Shown here one piece after another: positions 28,267 to 37,389 of a stretch of DNA of 64,000 bases. Under the pieces are notes generated by a model that searched no databases, had not been told where the DNA came from, and saw only the letters and a program-made list of their open reading frames with translations. Origin of the DNA: Candidatus Aldehydirespiratoraceae bacterium (lineage in GTDB: Bacteria; Actinomycetota; Acidimicrobiia; Acidimicrobiales; Aldehydirespiratoraceae); NCBI GenBank assembly GCA_965204595.1, contig CBDBEW010000014.1:656107-720106 (forward strand), written 5' to 3'. A program made the position numbers and the translations under genes. The first letter of the stretch is position 1, and each line of letters opens with the position of its first letter.

Positions 28267-29055
28267 ATGACCGAGCAAGCAACACACGCAATTGATTTGT
28301 CGGTAAAGGTTGTTGGCAACATTGAAACAGTTTGGCGTGCTGTGGCTAGCGGGCCAGGGATTTCTTCATGGTATGTGCCTCACGAAGTTGAAGAAAAGCA
28401 AGGTGGCAGAGCACAAGCCTCGTTTGGCCCTGAACCAGAAATGCAAATAGCCGGGCGAGTGGCTGTTTGGGAACCACCCAACCGAGTGGTTTTTGACGGT
28501 GGGGAAGAAGTGGTGGGCCTGAGCTTTGAATGGACCGTTCAAGCCCACGACAACAACACTTGCACCGTCCGCTTGCACAATGCTGGCTTCACCGAAAAGG
28601 ACGAACAATACGCGGCAATGGTTGAGGGCTGGAAATTGTTCATGTCAAACCTACAGCTTCATCTCAAACACTTTCCGAACCAAAACGCCACAGCGGCTTT
28701 GCCGATGGTAATGTGGCCAGTGACAGCCGAAGTGGGATGGCAAATACTAACGGAAGGTCTTGGCATCTATGAGCTTCCAAAAGAGGGGGACCAACTCACT
28801 ATCGCCACAGACCCCAACACAGATGTCACCGGCACGGTCATAGCAACAGGCCCACGCAAGATCGTTTTGCTTGTTGAACATCCAGCACCGGGCACCGCGT
28901 TTTTAACCTCAGAAGGAAGCGGAGGAATGGCGATGGTATCTATATGGATGTACCTATACGGCTCAAATCGAACGAGTCTTGCTAAACATTACGATGCTTG
29001 CTGGCGGGACTGGCTCGCAAAGGTAGCACCCCAACAAGCTAAAAAAGACTTATGA
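28267..29055 (+). CDS. SRPBCC-superfamily (AHSA1-like) protein.
   Basis: IDLSVKVVGNIETVWRAVASGPGISSWY...GRVAVWEPPNRVVF...CTVRLHNAGF...VEGWKLFMSNLQLHL. Confidence 0.6.
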   Translation: MTEQATHAIDLSVKVVGNIETVWRAVASGPGISSWYVPHEVEEKQGGRAQASFGPEPEMQIAGRVAVWEPPNRVVFDGGEEVVGLSFEWTVQAHDNNTCTVRLHNAGFTEKDEQYAAMVEGWKLFMSNLQLHLKHFPNQNATAALPMVMWPVTAEVGWQILTEGLGIYELPKEGDQLTIATDPNTDVTGTVIATGPRKIVLLVEHPAPGTAFLTSEGSGGMAMVSIWMYLYGSNRTSLAKHYDACWRDWLAKVAPQQAKKDL

Positions 29056-29837
29056 CACAAAGCAAAACTAGCTTCAAGGTTGGTGTTCAGATTCAACCCC
29101 AAGGGGTTACCGTGGCAGAGATGCGTGCCGTAGCAAGAGCCGCAGACGACATGGGTGCCGATTCGATTTGGATTTGGGACCACTTTTATCCCCTCTTCGG
29201 AGACCCAGATCAAACTCATTTTGAGGGCTGGACCGTGCTAGCTGCGATGGCTGCCGACACTAAACACGCCCGTCTTGGAACGCTCGTGAGCGGCAACAAC
29301 TACCGCAACCCAGAACTGCTTGCCGACATGGCACGTACCCTTGACCATGTGAGTAATGGGCGAATGTATCTAGGTGTTGGCGCCGGTTGGTTTGAAAGAG
29401 ACTACACCGAGTACGGCTATGAGTTCGGCACTGTGGGTAGCCGCCTACGTCAACTAGAAGCCGACCTGCCACGAATGAAAAGCAGGCTCGCCAAACTCAA
29501 CCCTGCCCCACTAGGCGAAATGCCGTTACTAATCGGCGGCAGTGGCGAGAAGGTAACACTGCGGTTAGTCGCCGAACATGCCGATGCCTGGAACGCGTTT
29601 GGCCCACCAGACAACTTCGCTCGCCTATCGGGAATTCTCAACAACTGGTGTGCCAAAGTAGGGCGCAACCCCGCTGAAATCGAACGCACCGTGGCCATCG
29701 CAGGCAACGATGTGGCCAATGTCGCGCGCTACACCAAAGTTGGTGCCGACCATATAATCGTGATGAGTAGCACCCCTTTTGACCTCACTCCCCTACAGAC
29801 CCTCATCGACCAACGAGACTCATCTAACCAAAAGTAG
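29052..29837 (+). CDS. LLM-class (luciferase-like) F420-dependent oxidoreductase.
   Basis: ADDMGADSIWIWDHFYPLFGDP...LGVGAGWFERDYTEYGYEFGT...RLRQLEADLPRMKSRL. There is a 4-nt overlap with the upstream gene. Confidence 0.8.
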   Translation: MTQSKTSFKVGVQIQPQGVTVAEMRAVARAADDMGADSIWIWDHFYPLFGDPDQTHFEGWTVLAAMAADTKHARLGTLVSGNNYRNPELLADMARTLDHVSNGRMYLGVGAGWFERDYTEYGYEFGTVGSRLRQLEADLPRMKSRLAKLNPAPLGEMPLLIGGSGEKVTLRLVAEHADAWNAFGPPDNFARLSGILNNWCAKVGRNPAEIERTVAIAGNDVANVARYTKVGADHIIVMSSTPFDLTPLQTLIDQRDSSNQK

Positions 29838-29861
29838 GAGTTCTGGCTGTAAAGTTGCTTT

Positions 29862-30347
29862 GTGGAAGCTACACAAGAGATTGAGCTTGACCCGTTGAAC
29901 GGCAGCAGCCGTCCGCTTTCAGACTGGCTCACAACTTTTCCATTGGCGTGTGTGGTGCTCAACCCATATACCCACGAAAGCGCGTGGATTCTAGAAACCT
30001 CAAAACGTATTTTGGAAAATTTTCGTGAGGCTGGTTGCCGAACTTGCTGGTTGCTCACTTGCTCACATGAAGATGCCAGGCGATTTTTGGGGCCGTACAC
30101 CGAGCTAATTCTGACCTTTGTAGACCCCGACGCACAGGTTGTTGCTGGTTTGGGTGTGCAGCACGCACCTGCGTTTTTGCTGGTTCGACAAGACGGCACC
30201 GTCATCGCTAAAGCAGAGGGTTGGAACCCAGATGGCTGGCGAAGCGTCGCTGACGCGATAGCTGATCTCACCCACTGGAACCGCCCCAACATCCCCACAC
30301 CAGGTGACCCCGCCCCCTACCCCGGCACCCCAACAAACGGCATTTAA
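29862..30347 (+). CDS. Thioredoxin-fold-like hypothetical protein (no CxxC).
   Basis: The pattern FPLACVVLNPYTHESAWILE...FLGPY...FVDPD...APAFLLVRQDGTV..AEGWNPDGW recalls actinobacterial TlpA-like proteins. The assignment is weak. Confidence 0.45.
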   Translation: MEATQEIELDPLNGSSRPLSDWLTTFPLACVVLNPYTHESAWILETSKRILENFREAGCRTCWLLTCSHEDARRFLGPYTELILTFVDPDAQVVAGLGVQHAPAFLLVRQDGTVIAKAEGWNPDGWRSVADAIADLTHWNRPNIPTPGDPAPYPGTPTNGI

Positions 30348-30623
30348 TTAGTCTAAGCAAGAACACCATTGCGCTACCGGTCACAGAAATTAACTAAGAG
30401 CGACCCCAAAGCGGCTTGCGATGCCGAGATCATCAATGTGGTGAGCAGTTGCCTAGCTTCGCTTTAACGTCTAAAACTGATCAACACCTTTGTCGCATTG
30501 ATGTGCATGTGCTCTGACGTTAGATGCCACTAGCACTGTTGCTAACCACGCTGTTGAAGTAGCGCATAATGTTGTTTTTGCCCATGGATAGTTGCGTCAC
30601 CAGTATTGAGAATGCGGTAATCT

Positions 30624-32282
30624 GTGGTGATGGTTGAATTTGTTTACTCTGATATGTTGCCGCTTGGTGTTGACAACACCGAGTATAGGTTGATATCCAC
30701 ACAAGGTGTGTCCACTTTCCAAGGCGGCGGTCGCACATTCCTTAAAGTTGATCCCGAAGCCATCCGCGCTCTCACGGGTGTGGCGATGCGTGACATTGCC
30801 CATTATCTGCGAACCGACCATCTCCAACAGTTAGCAAACATCTTTGACGACCCCGAAGCTTCAGCCAACGACCGCTTTGTGGCTAACGAATTGCTTCTCA
30901 ACGCAAATATCGCCGCCGCTGGAGTGCTGCCGATGTGTCAAGACACAGGCACCGCCATTATTATGGGCAAAAAAGGTGACCAGGTGGTCACCTTCGGAGA
31001 TGACAGCGAAGCGATTTCGGCAGGCGTGTTTGACACCTACACCGAAACGAACCTGCGTTATTCCCAGCTCGCACCGCTCACAATGTTTGAAGAACGAAAT
31101 ACTGGCAACAACCTGCCCGCACAAATAGAAATCTACAGCAAACCCGGCAACACCTACGAATTCTTGTTCATGGCTAAAGGCGGCGGGTCAGCCAACAAGT
31201 CGTTTCTGTTTCAAAAAACCAAAGCCTTGCTAAACGAAAGATCGCTGCTGGACTTCCTAGACGAAACACTACGAGCCGTGGGCACCTCCGCGTGTCCGCC
31301 TTATCACCTCGCTCTAGTAGTTGGCGGCACTTCGGCGGAGTTCAACCTCAAAACCGCCAAGCTAGCATCAGCCCACTACCTTGATAATCTGCCCACCAAC
31401 GGCGATGCCACTACAGGACACGGCTACCGAGACATCAAATGGGAAGCCAAAATTCTTGCCCAAACCCGTGACTTCGGTATCGGCGCACAATTCGGAGGCA
31501 AGTATTTCTGCCACGACGTGCGGGTAATTCGCTTACCCCGTCACGGTGCCTCAAACCCAGTTGGTATAGCTGTGAGTTGCTCAGCTGACCGCCAAGCAAA
31601 GGCCAAAATCACAAGCGAAGGGATATTTCTGGAACGCCTAGAAACCAACCCGGCACTTTTTTTGCCTGAAGTAAAACCAGACGAACTTTCCGATGAAGTA
31701 GTAAACATCGACCTCAATCAGCCAATGCAACAAATTCGTAACCAACTAGCTAAATGTAAGGTAAAAACACGCTTGTCTTTGAACGGCACCCTCATTGTGG
31801 CCCGCGACATCGCTCACGCCAAAATCGCTAACAGGCTCAACCAAGGCGAGCCGATGCCGAAATATCTTCAAGACCACGCAATCTACTACGCAGGGCCAGC
31901 CAAAACCCCCAAAGGCTACGCTTCGGGTTCCTTTGGTCCAACAACCGCCGGCCGGATGGATTCCTATGTGTCCCAATTGCAAGCCGCGGGGGGTTCAATG
32001 GTGATGCTAGCCAAAGGTAACCGTTCCCGCGCAGTTACAAAATCATGTGCCCGCTACGGCGGATTCTATCTTGGCTCTATCGGTGGTGCCGCTGCCCGTC
32101 TCGCAGCTGATTCAATCAAAAATGTGGAAATAGTTGAATACCCAGAACTAGGTATGGAAGCAATCTACAAGATCGAGGTGGAAAACTTTCCCGCCTTTAT
32201 CGTCATCGACGACAAAGGCAACGATTTCTATTCAGAAGTAACAACACCAATCCACCTCCGAAAAAACACCACCCAAGTATAG
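30624..32282 (+). CDS. fumA: Class I (Fe-S, FumA/FumB-type) fumarate hydratase.
   Basis: Near-colinear with E. coli FumA by recall: [97 protein letters not shown]. Confidence 0.9.
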   Translation: MVMVEFVYSDMLPLGVDNTEYRLISTQGVSTFQGGGRTFLKVDPEAIRALTGVAMRDIAHYLRTDHLQQLANIFDDPEASANDRFVANELLLNANIAAAGVLPMCQDTGTAIIMGKKGDQVVTFGDDSEAISAGVFDTYTETNLRYSQLAPLTMFEERNTGNNLPAQIEIYSKPGNTYEFLFMAKGGGSANKSFLFQKTKALLNERSLLDFLDETLRAVGTSACPPYHLALVVGGTSAEFNLKTAKLASAHYLDNLPTNGDATTGHGYRDIKWEAKILAQTRDFGIGAQFGGKYFCHDVRVIRLPRHGASNPVGIAVSCSADRQAKAKITSEGIFLERLETNPALFLPEVKPDELSDEVVNIDLNQPMQQIRNQLAKCKVKTRLSLNGTLIVARDIAHAKIANRLNQGEPMPKYLQDHAIYYAGPAKTPKGYASGSFGPTTAGRMDSYVSQLQAAGGSMVMLAKGNRSRAVTKSCARYGGFYLGSIGGAAARLAADSIKNVEIVEYPELGMEAIYKIEVENFPAFIVIDDKGNDFYSEVTTPIHLRKNTTQV

Positions 32283-32338
32283 CTTTGTCCTAGCCAGCAC
32301 TAGGGCAGACTTGCGTAAACGGGCTAGGACAAAGCGGA
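32258..32338 (+). repeat. Left copy of the ~80-bp direct duplication (fumA 3' end plus intergenic region plus tpx 3' end core).
   Basis: It aligns by eye with 34146-34223. The perfect 20-nt core ACGGGCTAGGACAAAGCGGA is at 32319-32338. Confidence 0.8.
32282..32335. terminator. 14-bp inverted repeat (gctttgtcctagcc / ggctaggacaaagc) between convergent genes; possible bidirectional terminator or recombination site.
   Basis: Read directly. The arms are at 32282-32295 and 32322-32335 with a 26-nt loop, and no clear U-tract follows. Confidence 0.35.
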
Positions 32339-32415
32339 GAGGGCGAACAAGGTCCTACGTCTCGATTTCGGGTTCCCAGCGTTCGTGCTTGCGGACTGTC
32401 AACGACAGACTATTG

Positions 32416-33960
32416 TCACTGCGACAAGTATTTCCTGATCATTTCGGTCAGTTCCGCCAATGAGATTCTGCCGGCTTGATAGTCCCGCATTGCGGCGCGG
32501 ATCATGGCCAAGGTTACTTGTTGTTCGCCCTCGCCGTCTTCGGCTGTTTCTGCACCTTGTTGGGTCTCAGGTTGCGATGTCACGTCCGTGTTCTGGGGTT
32601 GTGCATTGTCTGATGGGGGCGGAGTGCTGGGACGTGGAGCGCGACCCGGAGGGGGCGCGGTGTTGGTGTCTCCAGGTGGTTGAGGCGTCGTATCCCCGGT
32701 TACGTCGATTGAGGTGCCTGATATGCCTGTGGTGGTGATTTGTGGTGCTGCTACGGTTACTGAGATCGTGTTGACTGGCACACGGTCGTAACCTCCGCCT
32801 TGAGCTGTATGGGAGACGGCCGCTTCGCCTGCCTCGAGCGCGTTGATCACGACTGTCTGTGCTGTGTCCCAGTTCGCGGTTGTGAAGGTCAAGGTTCTCG
32901 GGCCAGGTCCGCCGCAATACAGGCAAACACTGGGATCGTAGCCGCGAAACGTCGTAGGACGAATGACGGCCACTCGAGGATTGTTCGTACTCGCTGCGAC
33001 TGTAACGGCGCCCGTTGGCCGAACCGCCAGGACGACTGTGTAGCGGACTGATGAATTGGGTGCAGTGCTCAGCGTCGATTCGCTTGTGGTGATCCCCCCG
33101 CCGATTGTGTCGTTGTCGTCGATGAGGACGGTAACGTTGTTGACGACTCGTTGGCCTGCGTTCGCGCCTACCACGATGCTCTCCGATGTCTCAATCAACT
33201 CGTCGTCGACTATCGCGATGTTGGCGCTCGCCGACAGCTGTCCATTCGCGATAGTGAAGGCTGCAGGCAGGGTATAGTCGGCGGTACTGGCCGTCGAGGC
33301 CGTCTGAGCATCGAGAGTGACTGCGACCCCGTTGGTCGGCGCCGGGGAATTCAACGTGGCAGTGACAGACACCGTACCCGCGGATTCGTTGACGCGGCCC
33401 CCTGCGGCACTGGTGCTCAAGGTCACGACTTGACCTCGGTAGATCGTTATGCTGTAGGTGTTGGTATTGGAGCTTGAGTCCGTCAAACGTACTTCAAAGG
33501 TGTTGCGCCCCGGTGCCAGTGGCATCGCAACTTGAGGCGGACTTGTCCCCGCCGGGTGGACGGTACGGCCTAGAAATGAGAAGCTGAAGGTGAAGTTCGG
33601 CTCTGTGCGGGGGACGACACGGAATTCGTGTCCTGGTGAGGTTCGCGCCACGACGGCGCTGTCTGCGGCGTCCGCAAGCGTGGGCCGAATCGTGATGTTG
33701 TCCACTCCTCGGGGCACTTCTGCCGTGTAGCTGGTCACGCCTGCTGCGAAAACTGGCGACAGGGTGACTCTGTGAGCGTTGTGAGTGCGCGGGTCGTTTC
33801 TGTACCGGCGGAACAGTTGCAGGTTGCTCAGGGTTGGGTCGCTGCTCTGGGCCTGGCCCGGAAGAGCCGGCGCCAACAGAGCCGACAACGCCGCGATCAC
33901 CACGAATGCGGCCAACCTTGCTCGCAGCCGACCCCGACTGTGTTCGTTGCGAAAGCTCAC
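32416..33960 (-). CDS. Secreted surface protein with a cadherin-like beta-sandwich and Calx-beta domains and a Pro-rich acidic tail.
   Basis: Signal RLRARLAAFVVIAALSALLAPALPGQA/QS follows GTG 33960. PTLSNLQL...VTLSPVFAAGVTSYTAEVP..VDNITIRPT is cadherin-like. SAGTVSVTATL...VAVTL...STADYTLP..FTIANGQLSASANIAIVDDELIETSESIVV is Calx-beta. The track start (TTG 34011) would read through the C20 tract. Confidence 0.7.
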   Translation of the reverse strand: MSFRNEHSRGRLRARLAAFVVIAALSALLAPALPGQAQSSDPTLSNLQLFRRYRNDPRTHNAHRVTLSPVFAAGVTSYTAEVPRGVDNITIRPTLADAADSAVVARTSPGHEFRVVPRTEPNFTFSFSFLGRTVHPAGTSPPQVAMPLAPGRNTFEVRLTDSSSNTNTYSITIYRGQVVTLSTSAAGGRVNESAGTVSVTATLNSPAPTNGVAVTLDAQTASTASTADYTLPAAFTIANGQLSASANIAIVDDELIETSESIVVGANAGQRVVNNVTVLIDDNDTIGGGITTSESTLSTAPNSSVRYTVVLAVRPTGAVTVAASTNNPRVAVIRPTTFRGYDPSVCLYCGGPGPRTLTFTTANWDTAQTVVINALEAGEAAVSHTAQGGGYDRVPVNTISVTVAAPQITTTGISGTSIDVTGDTTPQPPGDTNTAPPPGRAPRPSTPPPSDNAQPQNTDVTSQPETQQGAETAEDGEGEQQVTLAMIRAAMRDYQAGRISLAELTEMIRKYLSQ

Positions 33961-33977
33961 GGGGACTCTCAACCTTC

Positions 33978-33997
33978 GGGGGGGGGGGGGGGGGGGG
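33978..33997. repeat. Homopolymeric G20 tract (C20 on the coding strand), 18 nt upstream of the probable GTG start of the Calx-beta gene.
   Basis: Counted directly: 33978-33997. Confidence 0.95.
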
Positions 33998-34145
33998 AGA
34001 GGCGGCTGCAATTCTGTTGTAAATGGGCATGCCGTCGGAACTCCTTGCAGAATTGTGCGGTGTGGCTACCTGCCACTAATAATAAGATAGCATAACTGTC
34101 TTGTCGTTGGGACTCTTTTTGCAGAATTGTTCGCTGGCACGAGTT

Positions 34146-34223
34146 GCGACAAAACACTAGCCAAGTATAGCTTTTGTTCTTGCCAGTACTTAGGCAAACA
34201 GTCACGGGCTAGGACAAAGCGGA
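34146..34223 (+). repeat. Right copy of the ~80-bp direct duplication. It contains a degenerate fumA 3' end (cga caa aac act agc caa gta tag).
   Basis: The perfect 20-nt core is at 34204-34223 and overlaps the tpx stop. The left ~58 nt match 32258-32318 imperfectly. Confidence 0.8.
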
Positions 34224-34709
34224 AAGTGCGGCCTCGTAGTTGGGTTCGTTAGCTATTTCGTTCACCAATTCGGTGTGGGTTACCTTACCTGTCCCGTCAA
34301 TCACCACAACAGCACGAGCAGCAAGACCAGCGAGCAAACCATCAACAATACGCACACCATAATCTTCAAGCACCTCGGGATGGTTGAACGTTGAACCCGT
34401 TTTCACGTTGTCTATCCCCTCCGCACCGCAAAATCGCTTTGCTGCCGGGGGAAGGTCAGCAGATACACACAACACACTAACGTTGTCTGCACTTGCAACT
34501 CGCTCATTGAACTCACGAACACTTCTAGCACAAGTCGGAGTGTCGATTGAAGGAAAAATGTTCAACACCAACCTTTGTCCCGAAAAGTCCGCCAAAGAAA
34601 TCGAGCCAAAATCTGAGCCACTAAGCACAAAATCTGGTGCCGTGCTACCAACTGCAGGTAGTACACCGTTTGTATTTGTGGGATTGCCACCAAGTGTTAT
34701 TTCTGCCAT
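34209..34709 (-). CDS. tpx: Thiol peroxidase (atypical 2-Cys peroxiredoxin).
   Basis: APDFVLSGSDF..ISLADFSGQRLVLNIFPSIDTPTCARSVREFNER. Confidence 0.9.
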   Translation of the reverse strand: MAEITLGGNPTNTNGVLPAVGSTAPDFVLSGSDFGSISLADFSGQRLVLNIFPSIDTPTCARSVREFNERVASADNVSVLCVSADLPPAAKRFCGAEGIDNVKTGSTFNHPEVLEDYGVRIVDGLLAGLAARAVVVIDGTGKVTHTELVNEIANEPNYEAALSALS

Positions 34710-34727
34710 TTGCTCTGCTCCTCAATT

Positions 34728-36197
34728 TCAAAAGTTCAATGGATCAACAATATCACGAAACACTGCTAACAAACCAAAGAGTAGCAACACCACAACCACT
34801 CCATACACAAGCGGCAACACTTTAGCATAATCAACTTGATAGTTGCGGCCACCAATCGAACGAAGGCGTTCATATACCGCAACTGCCACATGCCCGCCAT
34901 CCAAAGGCGGTAACGGCAACAAATTAATTAAACCAATCGAGACATTTATCAAAGCGAAAAAACGCAACAAGCCCTCACCGCTCTCTCCAAATATTTGTGT
35001 GGCTAGGTCGGCAGCACCATAAATAGAAATAATGCGATTTTCGTCTGCCGTGGAACGAGTAGCAAGCCCACTACCTGCCTCTCCGCTAGTCACTCCTTGA
35101 GCAGAACTGCCGTAGTCGCCTGTGAGTGTATTTGCGACAAAATTTTGCAAACCCCCACCCGACACCAAGTCCACCATACCCACAACAAAAGCTCGAGTGA
35201 AAGCCACAAACTCACTTACAGCATCAACAGCACTTCCAAACAAACCCACCGATTCTCTATAAGGACGGGGGCCAACACCAAAAAATCCCCTGGTCGCAAC
35301 CTCGCTAGGAAGTAACTCGCTCACTATCGCCCCGTTAACCACAACCGCATCAGCCCCGTTCGGTGGGTCAACTGTGATAGCGAGCGGTACACCAACCCGA
35401 CCATCAAGTGCCTCGACAAACCCATCCCAACCAAACACCTCTTGCCCATCAACTGCAAGAATACGATCACCAGGGAACAACCCACTAATAGAGGTGGCAC
35501 CGGCAGTGCTAAGGCGCGAACCTAAGGTTACTTGTTCATTAACCACCACATCTCCGCGGCTAATCGCCACATCAACCACCTCTCCCCCACGAGCCGTAAC
35601 CAAATCGCCGAAGTGGCTAAAGCTGCGCACCTCCACCCCATCAATCGCCACGATCTCATCACCGAGTTCAACACCCGCAGCAGCCGCGGCACTGCTTTCA
35701 CTTACCGCAGCAACCGTCCAACGGCCATCATCTGTTGGAGCACCATAAAAAAAGACCACCGCAAACAACAACACGACCGCCATAAGGAAGTGCATTAGTG
35801 AACCCGCACTCACCACCAACAACTTGCGCGGAAAAGACTTAACTCGATACGAACGATGCTCGTCTTCGGGAGCAACGTAGTCCATATTGTTCATACCAAT
35901 AATGCGAACATAGGCACCAGCAGGTATGGCTTTGATGCCGTAGGTGGTCTCACCACGCCGAAAAGACCACAACCTCGGGCCAAAGCCAAGAAAAAACTCC
36001 ACAACTTTCATGCCAGTCCAACGAGCGGTAAGAAAATGACCCAGCTCGTGCATAAAAATCATGAAAAGGAAAAACAAAACCACCAACAACCAATGAACGC
36101 TGGCAAACAAACCCAGAGCAGCCAAGCCAGCCAACAATATCGCCAAACGCCAAGGCGAAGAAGAGGTATCCGCTAGCGCGGGTTCCAGATTAGACAT
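34728..36197 (-). CDS. rseP: Site-2 (M50) zinc metalloprotease, RseP/Rip1-like, with PDZ domains.
   Basis: HELGHFLTARWTGMKV (HExxH), internal PDZ-like segments, and a C-terminal LNLLPLPPLDGG motif. Confidence 0.85.
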   Translation of the reverse strand: MSNLEPALADTSSSPWRLAILLAGLAALGLFASVHWLLVVLFFLFMIFMHELGHFLTARWTGMKVVEFFLGFGPRLWSFRRGETTYGIKAIPAGAYVRIIGMNNMDYVAPEDEHRSYRVKSFPRKLLVVSAGSLMHFLMAVVLLFAVVFFYGAPTDDGRWTVAAVSESSAAAAAGVELGDEIVAIDGVEVRSFSHFGDLVTARGGEVVDVAISRGDVVVNEQVTLGSRLSTAGATSISGLFPGDRILAVDGQEVFGWDGFVEALDGRVGVPLAITVDPPNGADAVVVNGAIVSELLPSEVATRGFFGVGPRPYRESVGLFGSAVDAVSEFVAFTRAFVVGMVDLVSGGGLQNFVANTLTGDYGSSAQGVTSGEAGSGLATRSTADENRIISIYGAADLATQIFGESGEGLLRFFALINVSIGLINLLPLPPLDGGHVAVAVYERLRSIGGRNYQVDYAKVLPLVYGVVVVLLLFGLLAVFRDIVDPLNF

Positions 36198-36202
36198 CCC
36201 GG

Positions 36203-37387
36203 TTAAAGTCTAACCCTACCAACCACAACTTTAGCTAACTCACGCGCTTCGCGGTCAGCTTCAAGCACCACCTCAACGTCACTAGCTCGCTCACCCGTCC
36301 AACCTTGCATCACCTCATCCACAACAACAGCGATGCTGCACCAGGGAATGAGTCCGCCAAGAAACCCTTCAACCGCAACCTCGTTAGCTGCGCTCAACCA
36401 AGCAGGAGCGGTTCCGCCTGCCCGCCCCGCCTCATAAGCCAAACTCAAACAGCGAAAAGCAGCAAAGTCAACTGGGGTGAACTCTAAATCAATCGCCTCA
36501 CTCCAATCAATCGCCCCGAAACTAACCGAAGCGCGCCGCGGATACGTCAAAGCATACCCTATACACAAACGCATATCAGGCCGAGAGAGTTGCGCCATTG
36601 TGGAACCATCAGAGAAGCTGACCATTGAATGAACCATTGACTGGGGATGCACCACCACCCTAATCTGGCCGTAACTGACACCAAACAACTCGTGTGCCTC
36701 AATCACCTCAAGCCCCTTGTTCATTAAAGTGCTTGAATCGACAGTTATCTTGGGGCCCATCTGCCAAGTCGGATGAGCCAAAGCATCTGCAATCTTCACT
36801 TCGGCTAGTTGATCAGCAGAGTAACCACGAAACGGTCCGCCACTCGCTGTTAGCACCAACTCCGCCACCTCAGCTAACGACTGAGATGGTCTTTGGTTAC
36901 TCCACATATGACTAGTGCGAAGACACTGATGAAGAGCACAATGTTCGCTGTCTATCGGCAAAAGTTCAGCACCTTGCGTCAACCACGCTCGCTGCACCAA
37001 CGGCCCAGCAGCAATCAAAGACTCTTTGTTAGCCAAACCCAAACGTTTGCCAGCTTCAAGCGCAGCTAAAGTCACCGGCAAACCAGCAAAACCCACCACC
37101 CCATTGATCACAATATCAGCGCACTGCGAAGCCAACGCGAAAGCATCAGCACCACACAACAACTCTGTGTGGGAAGGCAAGTGCTCCTTGACCTCTGAAG
37201 CACTATCTGGGTTAGCTACAGCAACAACATCGGGTTGAAACTCAACAGCTTGCTCACACAACAAATCAACCGAGTTTGCCACCGCGAGCACTGCCACCCG
37301 GTAACGCTCAGGTTCGCTACGGATAACGTCAAGAGTTTGAGTGCCTATCGATCCGCTAGAACCTAAAACAGCAACAGAGGTAACCAC
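36203..37387 (-). CDS. dxr: 1-deoxy-D-xylulose-5-phosphate reductoisomerase.
   Basis: VAVLGSSGSIGTQTLDVI, LANKESL, IDSEH.AL.QC, HPTWQMGPKITVDSSTLMNKGLEVIEAH. Confidence 0.9.
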   Translation of the reverse strand: MVTSVAVLGSSGSIGTQTLDVIRSEPERYRVAVLAVANSVDLLCEQAVEFQPDVVAVANPDSASEVKEHLPSHTELLCGADAFALASQCADIVINGVVGFAGLPVTLAALEAGKRLGLANKESLIAAGPLVQRAWLTQGAELLPIDSEHCALHQCLRTSHMWSNQRPSQSLAEVAELVLTASGGPFRGYSADQLAEVKIADALAHPTWQMGPKITVDSSTLMNKGLEVIEAHELFGVSYGQIRVVVHPQSMVHSMVSFSDGSTMAQLSRPDMRLCIGYALTYPRRASVSFGAIDWSEAIDLEFTPVDFAAFRCLSLAYEAGRAGGTAPAWLSAANEVAVEGFLGGLIPWCSIAVVVDEVMQGWTGERASDVEVVLEADREARELAKVVVGRVRL

Positions 37388-37389
37388 GC

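Noticed and set aside
32282-32335. The fumA/tpx inverted repeat as an integron attC-like site, which would make the Calx-beta gene an integron cassette.
   Set aside because: There are no GTTRRRY/RYYYAAC core sites and no intI nearby. The repeat is explained by the original convergent-gene terminator.
32460-34205. Plus-strand and alternative-frame ORFs across the Calx-beta gene, including 33494..34030, which reads the C20 tract as poly-Pro.
   Set aside because: These are the same GC-rich shadow-ORF effect. Only the 32416..33960 frame yields a signal peptide and recognisable cadherin-like/Calx-beta sequence.
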